A stretch of 64,000 nucleotides of DNA, from NCBI GenBank assembly GCA_001599295.1, contig BCGN01000005.1, positions 930,001-994,000 on the forward strand, given 5' to 3'. The stretch is from Sporopachydermia quercuum (Eukaryota). This document shows positions 63,264 through 64,000 of the stretch, in pieces; position 1 is the first letter of the stretch, and each line of letters begins with the position of its first letter. The notes beneath the pieces were generated by a model that was not told the DNA's origin, did no database searches, and saw only the letters and a list, made by a program, of their open reading frames with translations. Made by a program: the position numbers and the translations under genes.

Positions 63264-64000
63264 GTTACTTAGATATACTCTTTGAAGAAGCTAAAGCATT
63301 GCTGACTTTACTGGAGACACTATGAATATGAGCTGAGCAGTTTATCAAATACTCACTACATTGGTCACACTTACAACTATATAGATGCCGTACCCTATCT
63401 GGAGATTTGCCAGTTGTGTGGATTTTGCTAAAAAGCTTTATAATTGCTTAATAACCACTGCAGAATCTTGATAATTCTTATCACACTGATAAGTAGCAAT
63501 TTTTGTTCCAAGGGCTTTAATCGAAATGTCAGAGAACACATTTGGCACATCATGACTTCCTCGGTGTCCTACATTGATTGGTGTTCCGCTTTCACTTACA
63601 CAGCACACTGCATAATCTTGTTCTGAATGCACAAATATATCTATTAAATATATTATAAGTTGACTTCCGAAGCAAATATTTGCCTTATCTTTTTGTCCTT
63701 CTTATCGGATAATGCTGAGAGAAAAGACAATTGATATATCACGTGATTCTTGTCCCATTTTACCCTTCCTTGTCAGTTAGACTGATGAAATTTTTTAATA
63801 CCTTCGATTAGTCAGTTAGTCTAAGAGTATGTCCTTATACCACAGGTAAGTAAAAAAGACTTTATAATGGACAGATAGATATGTTTCCATTGCTATATTG
63901 AACGTTATTGAGCTACACAATTTTTAGCTGGTTAGTTGGCTTAGTTATTGAAGCTATAAATGAGGTGTTGTAGTGTAGAAGAGTCGCACTTCTTAGCAAA

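Overview
AT-rich window from a budding yeast (Saccharomycotina) nuclear chromosome. It appears to use the standard code, since CTG sits at conserved Leu positions. I find about 26 protein-coding genes and no tRNA, rRNA, CRISPR array or recognisable transposon. Recognisable housekeeping genes: ADK1, PCF11, GGC1, YPQ2-like, QCR9, CRH1, TIM13, VTC4, RPC17, CCT3, SSD1, PUT2, VPS20, HEM2, COF1, LDB18-like, a SEG1-like gene and a YGR067C-like C2H2 factor. Genes with no close S. cerevisiae counterpart: a bacterial-style Zn-dependent dehydrogenase, an Mpf1/Mcp2-like PUF protein, an EJC-binding PYM protein, a GPH-family sugar transporter, a PITH protein and a TM-RING ligase. The ORF track misses or truncates many genes because the organism is intron-rich. 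I reconstructed 13 introns by hand, including the fully hidden QCR9 (4 exons) and TIM13 (3 exons) and extra exons for the SEG1-like gene, PUF gene, RPC17, CCT3 and COF1. The most unexplained signal is a ~700-nt, densely self-complementary, apparently non-coding segment at ~29410-30135. It contains a telomerase-template-like 15+10-nt repeat and is a candidate long ncRNA gene. All homology calls come from recalled family motifs, not database searches.
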